This document shows positions 44,354 through 53,112 of a stretch of DNA of 64,000 bases, piece by piece. A model generated the notes under the pieces. It saw only the letters and a list, made by a program, of their open reading frames with translations, searched no databases and was not told where the DNA came from. How positions within the stretch are numbered: the first letter of the stretch is position 1; each line of letters starts with the position of its first letter. This DNA comes from Gemmatimonadota bacterium (GTDB taxonomy: Bacteria > Gemmatimonadota > Gemmatimonadetes > Gemmatimonadales > GWC2-71-9): NCBI GenBank assembly GCA_039589615.1, contig JBDHHA010000005.1, positions 4,431-68,430 of the forward strand, in the 5' to 3' direction. The position numbers and the translations under genes were made by a program.

Positions 44354-45144
44354 GTCACTCTCTCGTGGAGCACCCAGCCACTTTCCGGATCGATCCCGCG
44401 CCCGGTGAGCGTTCCGCGGCTGAGCCAACGTTCCTCGAGCAGGTCGAACCCCGATTTGCCGCCTGCCACTCTTGCCATGACACGGAGCGGCCACGCGGAT
44501 CCCAGAACGGGCCGGCGCAGGATCTCGCGCGTCTCGCACCACTCGAGCTGCTGGTCGACGCAGGGCATGTCCACCCCATCTTCATGCAGCGCAGCTTGGG
44601 GAAGGACGAGCTGGTCGTATGTGACCACCTGGAGGGCATGATCTCCCTCCCAGCAGATCCAGATCAGCTCATGATTGGGTGACAGAAACCGACCCCAGCG
44701 GAGACTCCTCACAGGCAGTTTCCAGGGCGGCGCCGTCAGCACGAGCTGCTCCACGTACCCCAACCCTTCGATGGTCACGCCGCCGCCCGAGGTCACGGAG
44801 GCTTGCGCCCTGGGGGCATGACACCGCCAGAGGACGGTTCCCTCGCTCCCGCTGTAAAGCACACGTTCGACGGGAACGCTCAACGGGTTCCAATCGCCTC
44901 CGATGCCAAGCCGGTCGAGCCGCCAGCGCACATTGCGCCGATCGTCCGTTACCGGATCCTCCACGCGGCGGTACGACCGGCGCTCGAGGGCCTTGCCGTT
45001 TCCCTCGAGTAGGGATGACGAGTAATAGAGTGGCAGCGGTCCGAGCTGAAGACGGGCTGAATAGCCGATAAAAACTGTTCCGTCGGCATCGACACAGTCG
45101 AGATACCACTTGGAGAGGTGGAAAGCCGGGCGCTTGTGCAACAT
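44344..45144 (-). CDS. CrtC/AttH-like (hydroxyneurosporene-synthase-fold) soluble protein
   Basis: ATG 45144. SKWYLDCVDADGTVFIGYSARL and EGLGYVEQLVL...LRWGRF recall the carotenoid 1,2-hydratase family. Its stop overlaps the downstream start by 10 nt. The assignment is from memory only. Confidence 0.5.
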   Translation of the reverse strand: MLHKRPAFHLSKWYLDCVDADGTVFIGYSARLQLGPLPLYYSSSLLEGNGKALERRSYRRVEDPVTDDRRNVRWRLDRLGIGGDWNPLSVPVERVLYSGSEGTVLWRCHAPRAQASVTSGGGVTIEGLGYVEQLVLTAPPWKLPVRSLRWGRFLSPNHELIWICWEGDHALQVVTYDQLVLPQAALHEDGVDMPCVDQQLEWCETREILRRPVLGSAWPLRVMARVAGGKSGFDLLEERWLSRGTLTGRGIDPESGWVLHERVTWS

Positions 45145-45309
45145 CGGTCTTCGGTTCCGTGATTGCCGGCGACAGTGCCGCACCTCGGCCCGCGGCTAGC
45201 CCAGGGTGTTTCGCGTGTGCAATATACCCCACCCGGCAAAACGGGGTGTTCCGCCCCATTTTCTCTCACCCGCGCCGACGCACGTCGCGGTTGACACCGA
45301 GGTATCACC

Positions 45310-46758
45310 ATGAGAGTACGCATTCTCCCCGCGACCGTCCTGTTGCTGTGTTACGCCAGCCTGGTGGAAGCACAGGCCCCTCTGTTCACCGATGCGTTTG
45401 CTACCGCCGAGTTCGCCGAGCGCAGGGCTCGGGTCATGGAATCGATCGGCGATGGGGCGGCCGTGATCCAGGGCGCCACCGAGTATCCCGGTTACGTCAA
45501 GTTTCGCCAGAACAACCAGTTCTTCTATCTCGCCGGTGTGGAGGTCCCCCGGGCCATCCTGCTCATCGACGGCCGAGCCAAGACCTCGACGCTGTACATC
45601 TTGCCGCGCAATGAGCGTTTGGAAGGATCTGAGGGACCGGTGCTGGTGCCCGGCGCAGAGGCCGCCAGCGTGACGGGCATCGAGACCGTGCTCCCCCGGG
45701 ATCAATTCGGGCAAGCGCTGTATGCCTTGGGACAGGCAGGACGCACCGTCTACACGCCGTATCGACCGGAAGCGCTCCACGCGGCGACGCCCAGCTACAC
45801 CACCAACCACGCGGCAACTTCCGCCGCCGATCCGTGGGACGGGCGACCCTCTCGGGAGGCTGCGTTCATCGAGCGGATCCGCACCGCGGCACCCCAGTCC
45901 GAGATCCAGAATCTCGATCCGATCCTCGACGCAATGCGCCTCATCAAGAGTCCTCGCGAGATCGAGCTCGTCCGCAAGGCGACCGAGATCGCCGGGGACG
46001 CCATCATCGAGGGCATGCGGTCGGCGTCGCCGGGAATGTACGAGTACGAGCTCGAAGCCGTGGGTGACTATGTCTTCAAGCGAAACAACGCCCAGGGCTA
46101 CGCCTACTTCTCGCTGATCGCCGCGGGGGACAACGCCCATTACCCCCACTACCACGCATCGCAAAGCCGCTTGGAGGACGGGGACCTGGTGCTGTGGGAC
46201 TGGGCACCGGACTACGAGTATTACTCGTCGGACGTCACGCGCATGTTCCCGGCCAACGGAACGTTCAGCCCACGCCAGCGGGAGATGTACACGGTCTACG
46301 TCCGGCTGTATCAGGCTCTCATGACGTCGATCCGGCCTCACGTGACGGCTGGGGAAATCCTCGAGGATGCCGTGGAGCGAATGGAGTCGGTCTTCGCGTC
46401 CTTCGAGTTCACGGACCCGGCAATCAGAGCGGCCGCGGATCGTTTCATCGACATGTACAGGAACGGCAACAGGCGTGACCGCCTGGGACACTGGGTGGGG
46501 ATGGAGGTGCACGACGTCAATGCGCCCTTCGAGGTAATGCAACCGGGGATGATCTTCACCATCGAGCCGGCGCTCCGGATTCCCGAAGAGAAGATCTACA
46601 TCCGGTGCGAGGACACGATCCTGATCACGGAGACGGGATACGAGAATCTCTCCGACTTCGTCCCCATCGAGATCGAAGACATCGAGCGGCTCATGGCCGA
46701 GGAGGGGTTTGCCGAGCGGCTGCGGAAGCTCCGCACCACCACCGACGGCGGCCGCTGA
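45310..46758 (+). CDS. Secreted Xaa-Pro aminopeptidase (M24B)
   Basis: Signal peptide, N-terminal creatinase-like domain (FRQNNQFFYLAGVE) and metal-site contexts (LVLWDWAPDYEYYSSDVTRMFP, HWVGMEVHD, IFTIEPA, IRCEDTI). Confidence 0.85.
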   Translation: MRVRILPATVLLLCYASLVEAQAPLFTDAFATAEFAERRARVMESIGDGAAVIQGATEYPGYVKFRQNNQFFYLAGVEVPRAILLIDGRAKTSTLYILPRNERLEGSEGPVLVPGAEAASVTGIETVLPRDQFGQALYALGQAGRTVYTPYRPEALHAATPSYTTNHAATSAADPWDGRPSREAAFIERIRTAAPQSEIQNLDPILDAMRLIKSPREIELVRKATEIAGDAIIEGMRSASPGMYEYELEAVGDYVFKRNNAQGYAYFSLIAAGDNAHYPHYHASQSRLEDGDLVLWDWAPDYEYYSSDVTRMFPANGTFSPRQREMYTVYVRLYQALMTSIRPHVTAGEILEDAVERMESVFASFEFTDPAIRAAADRFIDMYRNGNRRDRLGHWVGMEVHDVNAPFEVMQPGMIFTIEPALRIPEEKIYIRCEDTILITETGYENLSDFVPIEIEDIERLMAEEGFAERLRKLRTTTDGGR

Positions 46759-46825
46759 CCGTCACGATACAGCAGCCAGCCGGCTGATCGGGTGTGGGCC
46801 GCGACGACGGCGTTCCTTCGCGGCC

Positions 46826-49531
46826 CTACTCCGCGCGCATCGCTACGGTAGGATCAACCCGTGTGGCGCGTCGCGCCGGGATGAACGCGGCGATCAACCC
46901 CGTCACGGTCAACACCACGACGATGCCGCCAAACACCGTAGGATCGGCGGCCCCCACGTCGTACAACACCAGGGAGAGCATCCGCGCCAATCCGAAGGCC
47001 ATGCCCACGCCGACCACCAGGCCGATGGCCAGCTGCGTGAATCCCTGCCGCATCACGAGCCGCACCACGTTGCCCGGCGTGGCGCCCAGCGCGACGCGCA
47101 GGCCCACCTCGTGGGTGCGCTGGTTCACGCTGAACGAGAGCACGCCGTAGAGCCCCACCGTCGCGAGAAACAGGGCCACGCCGCCGAAGACCGTGAAGAT
47201 GATGCCGAACACCCCGAAGAACGTTTGCGTCTGGTCGATCACCTGTCCCATCGAAAACGACTGGGATATGGGGAGGTGGGGATCCAACGAGGATACGACG
47301 CGCCGGGCGTCGTCGGTGAACTCCAATGCGGGGCCCTGTGTCCGGACGATGATGCTCGCGGCCGACGCGGTACGCTGTGCCAAAGGAATGTAGATCGCGG
47401 TTTCCGGCAGAACCAACGCGTCCATGTCGAGGTAGAGATCCGGCGCGACGCCGACGATGGTGTACCAGGTGTCCGCCCGCGTTCGATCAATGCCCCGCTG
47501 CGATGTGGCCCGCAACTGAATCCGATTGCCCAGCGCCGACTCTTCCGGATAGTGTCGCTCTACAAACGCGCGGTTGACGATGGCCACCGGCATAGCGTCG
47601 GCGTCATCCGCGGCCGCGAACGCCCGCCCTTCCGACATGCTCGCCACGATCGTCGAGAAATACTCCGGGGCGATCGAGCCGATGCGGGCGTTGGGATAGT
47701 CCCGATCACCCAGGTAAGTCTCCCCCTCCATCGCGAAACGTCCGTTTCCACCCCCGACGATGGGCAGCTCCGTGGCCACCGACGCGGCCAACACCCCGGG
47801 TTCCGCTTCCAACCGCTCCGTGAGGGCTCTGTAGAACCGGAGGCGACTTTCGTCATCGGGGTAATCGGCAACAGGGAGCGAGACGGACGTGGTAAACACG
47901 TTCTCCGTGGCAAAGTCGAAATCGATGTTGGAGAAGTTGGTAACGCTCTTCACCAGGAGGCCCGCCGCCACGAGGAGCGCGCAGGAGAACGCTACCTCCA
48001 TCACCACGAGTATGCGGCTGAGGCGCCCGATGCGGAGACTCGACGAGCCGCGGGAGTCATCTTTGAGGACGGCAGTCACGTCGGCCCCCGACGCCCGGAT
48101 CGCCGGCAGGACGCCGGAGAACAGGCTTGCCCCGATGGTGATCGCCACGACGAACAGGAGCACGCTGGGATCGATTCCGATGTCGAACCAGAACGGCAGC
48201 GCCTGGGGATTGGTCTGTAAGAACCCGTTGAACAACCCGATGCCAACCTGGGCCACGCCAATGCCGATCACGGCGCCGACCACGGCGATGACCGTCGCCT
48301 CGGTCAGCATCTGCGCGATGACGCGGCGACGGCTCGCACCCATGGCGGTGCGGACGGCCACCTCCTTGCTGCGCAGGCTCGCCCGGGCGAGCAAGAGGTT
48401 GGCGACGTTGGCGCAGGCCACCAGCAGGACGAGCCCCACGGCACCCAGCATGGTGAACAGCAGGGTCGCCATCGGCCCGATCATCTGCCGCACGTAGGGG
48501 CCCATGACCACCGTCATCCCTTCATTGGTCTCAGGGTATTCCTGTCCCAACTGCGTCATGATGCGCTGGAGGTCGGCCAAGCCCTGGGCCGTGGACACGC
48601 CGTCCGCGAGCCGGCCGAGCATCGGGAATACACCCGGCCCCTCTCCGCGGGGGGTGCCGAGGTAGTCCATTTTGAGGGGCCGCCACAGCTGCTGATTGAG
48701 AGGAAACGCGAAATCCTCCGGCATCACACCCACCACGGTCGTCGGCGTGCCATCGATACGGAGGACGGTTCCCAACACGGCGGGATCCCCATCGAGGCGT
48801 TCCCGCCAGAACCGGTGGCCCACCACGGCCACCGGGGGCGCGCCCAACTCCTCGTCGAAATCGGCAAGGCCGCGACCCAACAACGGCGGGGTCCGCAACA
48901 GATCGAACATGCTGGCCGAGACCGTTGCGGAGTTGATGATCTCGGGCTCGCCGGTCACGGGACTGAGATTCACCGCGTCCACGGAGATCGCCGCGAGATC
49001 CTCGAACGTGGTCTGCCGCTCGCGGAGGTCTCGGAAATCATGGATCCGCCCGATGAGTCGATTCGGCCCCTGGGAGGGATTGTTGCGGCTGATGGCCATG
49101 AGGTCCTGGGGCTCTTCGACAGGTAGCCCCCGGAGCACCACACCGTTGACGATGCTGAACATGGCGGTGGTGAGCCCGATGCCGAGACTCAGGGCGGTTA
49201 TCGCCGTAATGGCCAACCCCGGTTTCCGCACCAATCCGCGGACGGCGTAATGAAGGTCTTTCGCCAGGTTGTGCATCAATTGCCGTTCCTTCCGGACGAC
49301 CGGCCCCACCCTGCGGGGCGGTCGAATGACGTAGGTCCACCAGACACGAGGAACCGTCACAACGAAATCCCGTGTGATGTGGGCAGCGAACCGCCACCGC
49401 GGGCTGCCTCGTCCCCGTTCCCTGCTCCACCCCTCACGAAACGCCATGACCAGGTCCCGCTCGTACTGCTCGCGGAACGAACGGGGGTAGAGCCGCAGCA
49501 GGGCACGAAACCATCGCTGTGCACGCATCAC
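46826..49531 (-). CDS. Duplicated MacB/FtsX-type permease without ATPase (ADOP-like), copy 2
   Basis: 901 aa. The N-terminus is RWFRALLRLYPRSFREQYERDL. It has the same two-half architecture as copy 1 (LVACANVANLLLARA and LATVGLYGVLSFSV). Start is GTG 49531 or ATG 49528. Confidence 0.8.
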   Translation of the reverse strand: MMRAQRWFRALLRLYPRSFREQYERDLVMAFREGWSRERGRGSPRWRFAAHITRDFVVTVPRVWWTYVIRPPRRVGPVVRKERQLMHNLAKDLHYAVRGLVRKPGLAITAITALSLGIGLTTAMFSIVNGVVLRGLPVEEPQDLMAISRNNPSQGPNRLIGRIHDFRDLRERQTTFEDLAAISVDAVNLSPVTGEPEIINSATVSASMFDLLRTPPLLGRGLADFDEELGAPPVAVVGHRFWRERLDGDPAVLGTVLRIDGTPTTVVGVMPEDFAFPLNQQLWRPLKMDYLGTPRGEGPGVFPMLGRLADGVSTAQGLADLQRIMTQLGQEYPETNEGMTVVMGPYVRQMIGPMATLLFTMLGAVGLVLLVACANVANLLLARASLRSKEVAVRTAMGASRRRVIAQMLTEATVIAVVGAVIGIGVAQVGIGLFNGFLQTNPQALPFWFDIGIDPSVLLFVVAITIGASLFSGVLPAIRASGADVTAVLKDDSRGSSSLRIGRLSRILVVMEVAFSCALLVAAGLLVKSVTNFSNIDFDFATENVFTTSVSLPVADYPDDESRLRFYRALTERLEAEPGVLAASVATELPIVGGGNGRFAMEGETYLGDRDYPNARIGSIAPEYFSTIVASMSEGRAFAAADDADAMPVAIVNRAFVERHYPEESALGNRIQLRATSQRGIDRTRADTWYTIVGVAPDLYLDMDALVLPETAIYIPLAQRTASAASIIVRTQGPALEFTDDARRVVSSLDPHLPISQSFSMGQVIDQTQTFFGVFGIIFTVFGGVALFLATVGLYGVLSFSVNQRTHEVGLRVALGATPGNVVRLVMRQGFTQLAIGLVVGVGMAFGLARMLSLVLYDVGAADPTVFGGIVVVLTVTGLIAAFIPARRATRVDPTVAMRAE

Positions 49532-49539
49532 GTGGCTGC

Positions 49540-49887
49540 CTATACCACCCGCTTGGCGCGTGCGAACTTGACCACCTTGGACAAGGTTTGGGCTTCCCGC
49601 TTCAACACCGCCCGCCCGGGCTCCGTGAGTCGGTAATAACGGCGTCGCTCCGTCCCGGGCTCCACGGGGGACGACGCGGGGACTTCCTCGATCAACCCTA
49701 CCGCCGCCAGGCGCCCCAGGGACCAGTAGAGCGACCCCGGCCCCAGCTTGATGGCCCCCTCCGACCGCTCCTGGACCTCCTGGGCCATGGCGTAGCCGTG
49801 GCGCTCCTCGTCGACGAGGGTCAGAAGCAGATAGAAGAACGCGGGCGTGATGCGGACCGGCGACTTGGCACCGTCGGAATTGGACAA
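49540..49887 (-). CDS. PadR-family transcriptional regulator, copy 2
   Basis: TTG 49887 with AAGGGGG upstream. Core is FFYLLLTLVDEERHGYAMAQEV...GSLYWSLGRLAAVGLIE...RRRYYRLT. Confidence 0.85.
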   Translation of the reverse strand: MSNSDGAKSPVRITPAFFYLLLTLVDEERHGYAMAQEVQERSEGAIKLGPGSLYWSLGRLAAVGLIEEVPASSPVEPGTERRRYYRLTEPGRAVLKREAQTLSKVVKFARAKRVV

Positions 49888-49907
49888 ACGACCCCCTTGC
49901 GGGTCTA

Positions 49908-49945
49908 TGGTACAGAATTCGGTATATCGATTTCTGTACTAGTAC
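49908..49945. promoter_or_regulatory. Inverted repeat TGGTACAGAA-N14-TTCTGTACTA (plus GTACTAGTAC palindrome), candidate PadR operator
   Basis: The arms pair at 9 of 10 positions and lie 21-54 nt upstream of the PadR copy-2 start. It shares the TGGTACA half-site with the copy-1 element. Confidence 0.45.
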
Positions 49946-50010
49946 GCGGTTAGCTTAAGGAAGGTTTCACTTTTGGAGTATAGCAACGTAAGCCATTCCA
50001 GAACAGAGAC

Positions 50011-51225
50011 TTACAGACTTGGCTCAGGTGCCGGATCTTGCCGGTCCCCGGGCAGGAACGCGGCGGTAGAGAAGCCCACCAGGACCAGCATGGCTCCCAC
50101 GAAGAACACCCAGTACAACCCGCCGGTCCGCTCGCTCACCACGGCCACGAGCTGCACGGCCAGGGGCGCTGCGCTGAACGCCAGGGCGAACTTCACCCCG
50201 AACACCAATCCCTGCCGCCGCGCCGGCGTGTATCGGGCGAGCAAGAGGTTTTCGGCCGGAAGGGCACCCACGTTGGCCATGACCATGATCGTCGCCACCA
50301 GCACGAGGGGCACGCCGCCGAGGCTTGCCGCGAGCCACAGGGTGGGAATCTGCACGGCCATCGCCCCGAGATACACGCGCTTCAGTGGAAACCGGTCGGC
50401 AAGGTGTCCACCCACGATCTGCATGAATCCAGCGGCGGTGTAGACGCCGGCCACCAGCACGCCGACCCCCAGCACCCCCTCCCCCACCAGACCACCGTGC
50501 CGCTCGGCGAACACCTTGGGAAGCGCTGTCTGGGTGGTGTGGTACACCATTCCCGCCAGGAACATGGTGACCAGCAGAATGCCGAACGCCCGCATCATGT
50601 CCTGTCGACTGGGTTCCACCCCTCGCGGGTCGCTCATCCCCGCTTCCGGGATCCTCCCCCCCACGACATAGACGAGCAGCGCCAGCCCGGTGAGGAGAGA
50701 GACAACGCCGGGCACGATGAACGCGGCCCGCCAGCTGAAGAGATCGATCAACACGCCGGCAGTGATCCCGGCTCCGGCGGCTCCCAGCGATCCAAAGATG
50801 CCGTTGAACCCCAACACCTTCCCGAGATCGCCTTTCACGTTGCGCACGATCCACGGGACTCCGACGGGGTGATACACGGCAGCGAAGAGACCAAGGCCGG
50901 TGAGGGCGATCAGGAGCGCGGTCGCAGAGTTCGAGAAGCCCGCCACGATGGAGCTGGCTCCCATCCCCACGAAGAACACCACCATCATCGGGGCTGCCCC
51001 CAACCGATCACTCAACATGCCAGCGGGAATCGCCGCCGCACCCACCAGAAGCGAGCCCAACGTCCACAGCGCGATCAGCTCGTGGTAGGGCAACCGCCAC
51101 ACCTGTTCCAACGACAACACGATGACAAAGTAGAACGCGGTGCAGAGATGAATGTACAGGTGCCCGAGGCACGAGAAGACGACGATTGGCCGAGACGGAT
51201 CCGCCATGAACGCGTTCCGAGCCAC
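50011..51225 (-). CDS. MFS transporter
   Basis: 404 aa with about 12 hydrophobic segments and MFS loop motifs (MLSDRLG, HLADRFPLKR). Confidence 0.8.
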   Translation of the reverse strand: MARNAFMADPSRPIVVFSCLGHLYIHLCTAFYFVIVLSLEQVWRLPYHELIALWTLGSLLVGAAAIPAGMLSDRLGAAPMMVVFFVGMGASSIVAGFSNSATALLIALTGLGLFAAVYHPVGVPWIVRNVKGDLGKVLGFNGIFGSLGAAGAGITAGVLIDLFSWRAAFIVPGVVSLLTGLALLVYVVGGRIPEAGMSDPRGVEPSRQDMMRAFGILLVTMFLAGMVYHTTQTALPKVFAERHGGLVGEGVLGVGVLVAGVYTAAGFMQIVGGHLADRFPLKRVYLGAMAVQIPTLWLAASLGGVPLVLVATIMVMANVGALPAENLLLARYTPARRQGLVFGVKFALAFSAAPLAVQLVAVVSERTGGLYWVFFVGAMLVLVGFSTAAFLPGDRQDPAPEPSL

Positions 51226-51229
51226 TACG

Positions 51230-51691
51230 TCACGGCGTCACTTCCAACAGCTCGATGTCGAACACCAGCGTGGCGTTGCCGGGAATGTTCGGCGGGGATC
51301 CGACAGGCCCGTACGCCAACCCCGGCGGAATCACCAGCTTGCGGAGTCCTCCCACGCGCATTCCGGCCACACCCTCGTGCCATCCGGCGATAACGTTGCT
51401 AAACCCGAGTTGAAACACGAACGGCGTTCCGCGATCCCGGCTGCTGTCGAACTTGGTCCCGTCGGGAAGCCAGCCCTCGTAGTGCACCGTGGCCGTTACC
51501 CCAGCCACCGCTTCATCCCCCCCACCCACCACCAGGTCCTGGTAATACAACCCGGATGACGTTCTCGTCATCGCATTCAGGTCGACGTTCAGTTCAGCCG
51601 CAAAGTCATCGTTGGTGAGAGGTCCTGTGAGTTCGTCGCCTCCGCATCCTACAAGGGTCAATGCCAGAGGGATGACAAGCAATCGCGTCAT
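51230..51691 (-). CDS. FKBP-type peptidyl-prolyl isomerase lipoprotein
   Basis: Lipobox LTLVGC. FKBP core is [64 protein letters not shown]. Confidence 0.88.
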   Translation of the reverse strand: MTRLLVIPLALTLVGCGGDELTGPLTNDDFAAELNVDLNAMTRTSSGLYYQDLVVGGGDEAVAGVTATVHYEGWLPDGTKFDSSRDRGTPFVFQLGFSNVIAGWHEGVAGMRVGGLRKLVIPPGLAYGPVGSPPNIPGNATLVFDIELLEVTP

Positions 51692-51743
51692 GTTTCGTCC
51701 AGGGTATGGAGTGGGTTGGGAAGGTAACTACTCGGCCCAGCCT

Positions 51744-52904
51744 TCAGCGGTGCCCGTGGTCCGGGTCGTGGGCGTGGTCCTCGTAGTGCCGGCGGAGGAG
51801 GTCTTTCCCATAGTCGTTCCCGTTGGGCGTTCGCACGACGGAGTGCACGTGTCGCCGAGATGCCTCCCGTCCCTCGAGGGCGACGGGAGACTGGTGGTCG
51901 AACTCGATGAGGATGACCGGACTGTGCACCCGGTAGTAGAACACGCTCTCGGGTCCCGTGTCTCCAATCCAGGCGAAGAACGTCTCGTCCAGGTGTGCCT
52001 CCACCTCGGCCATCCGCACCTCGGCGTGCCCATCGGCCATGTTCCCCACATACTCACGGACCACGTCGAGCAGGAGGTCCCGCTGCCCGGCGTTCAGCTC
52101 CCTCGCGCTGATTCCCGCGTAGGCGAGAACGAGATTGTCGCGAAAGGCCTGGGCGAGGGCGTTGCGCCTCCCTTTGGCCGGTTCGATCGTCGCCACCCGG
52201 CGCTGTTCCGGTGTGAGCGCGCGCATGAGCGCCAACCCCGTCTCCTGTTCCTCTTGCAGCACGGCCGTCCCCGCATATTTCCCCGTCTCGGCCATCACCG
52301 GCTCCGAGCCCATGAACGTGGGGGTCATGACCACCTGGTCCCCGAGCACGAAGTAGTTGATGACGAGGTGATGACCGTCGAGCTGCCACCCCCACGGTTC
52401 GACCTCTGACGGATCACCCATGACCGTCAGCCAATAGAGGCCCTCTCCGTATTCCTCAAAATTGGAGATCAACTCCGCCAGGTGCCCGTTCAGTCGCATG
52501 ATGTTGCGGGATTTCTCGAAGCCTCGAGCGCTGAGGCTCGCACGCATCAGGCCGAACGCGGCTTCCCGCTGTGTGGCGCTCATCTCGTCGAAGCTGACAC
52601 CCTGGCGTTGCCAGCGATGGATGTTGTTCCACAGCCGCCACTCTTCGTCGTCGGCCGGAAACTGTGTTGCACCGCGCTGCGCGGCCGTTAGTGCCTCCAG
52701 GAATGCATCGGCCGCCCTTCCCACCGGAGCGGTGGACACGCCGGTTGCCCGGATCGGAAACAGGCCCGGTCGAACCGTGCCGTCGACGGTGACCCCACGA
52801 AAGGGCTCGTCCTGCTGCGCCGGTGGTTGGCTGCCCGACCACACCACCCCACCCAGAACGCCGGCCAGGGCCACGGAACTCATCAAGGATCGATGGGAAA
52901 TCAT
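51744..52904 (-). CDS. Exported DUF3500-like protein
   Basis: Signal peptide. GWQLDGHHLVINYFVLGDQVVMTPTFMGSEP and VFYYRVHSPVILIEFDHQ match my recollection of DUF3500. Confidence 0.6.
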   Translation of the reverse strand: MISHRSLMSSVALAGVLGGVVWSGSQPPAQQDEPFRGVTVDGTVRPGLFPIRATGVSTAPVGRAADAFLEALTAAQRGATQFPADDEEWRLWNNIHRWQRQGVSFDEMSATQREAAFGLMRASLSARGFEKSRNIMRLNGHLAELISNFEEYGEGLYWLTVMGDPSEVEPWGWQLDGHHLVINYFVLGDQVVMTPTFMGSEPVMAETGKYAGTAVLQEEQETGLALMRALTPEQRRVATIEPAKGRRNALAQAFRDNLVLAYAGISARELNAGQRDLLLDVVREYVGNMADGHAEVRMAEVEAHLDETFFAWIGDTGPESVFYYRVHSPVILIEFDHQSPVALEGREASRRHVHSVVRTPNGNDYGKDLLRRHYEDHAHDPDHGHR

Positions 52905-53112
52905 TTGGTTAATGTATCTTCATACTCGACCGCAAAGCCAGGTGACGCGCCTGACCCGCCTCTGGGCCCTGGCCCTTCACGCACACTTCACTGACAATTC
53001 GTTACGGCTCCTCAAAAGAGAGAGTTCGCACGGTTAACTTCCCATCCCAACGCTCGCGGCGGCGTGCACGCCAACATCTCATTCAGTAGAGCCGATCCGT
53101 GGAGGTATACGC

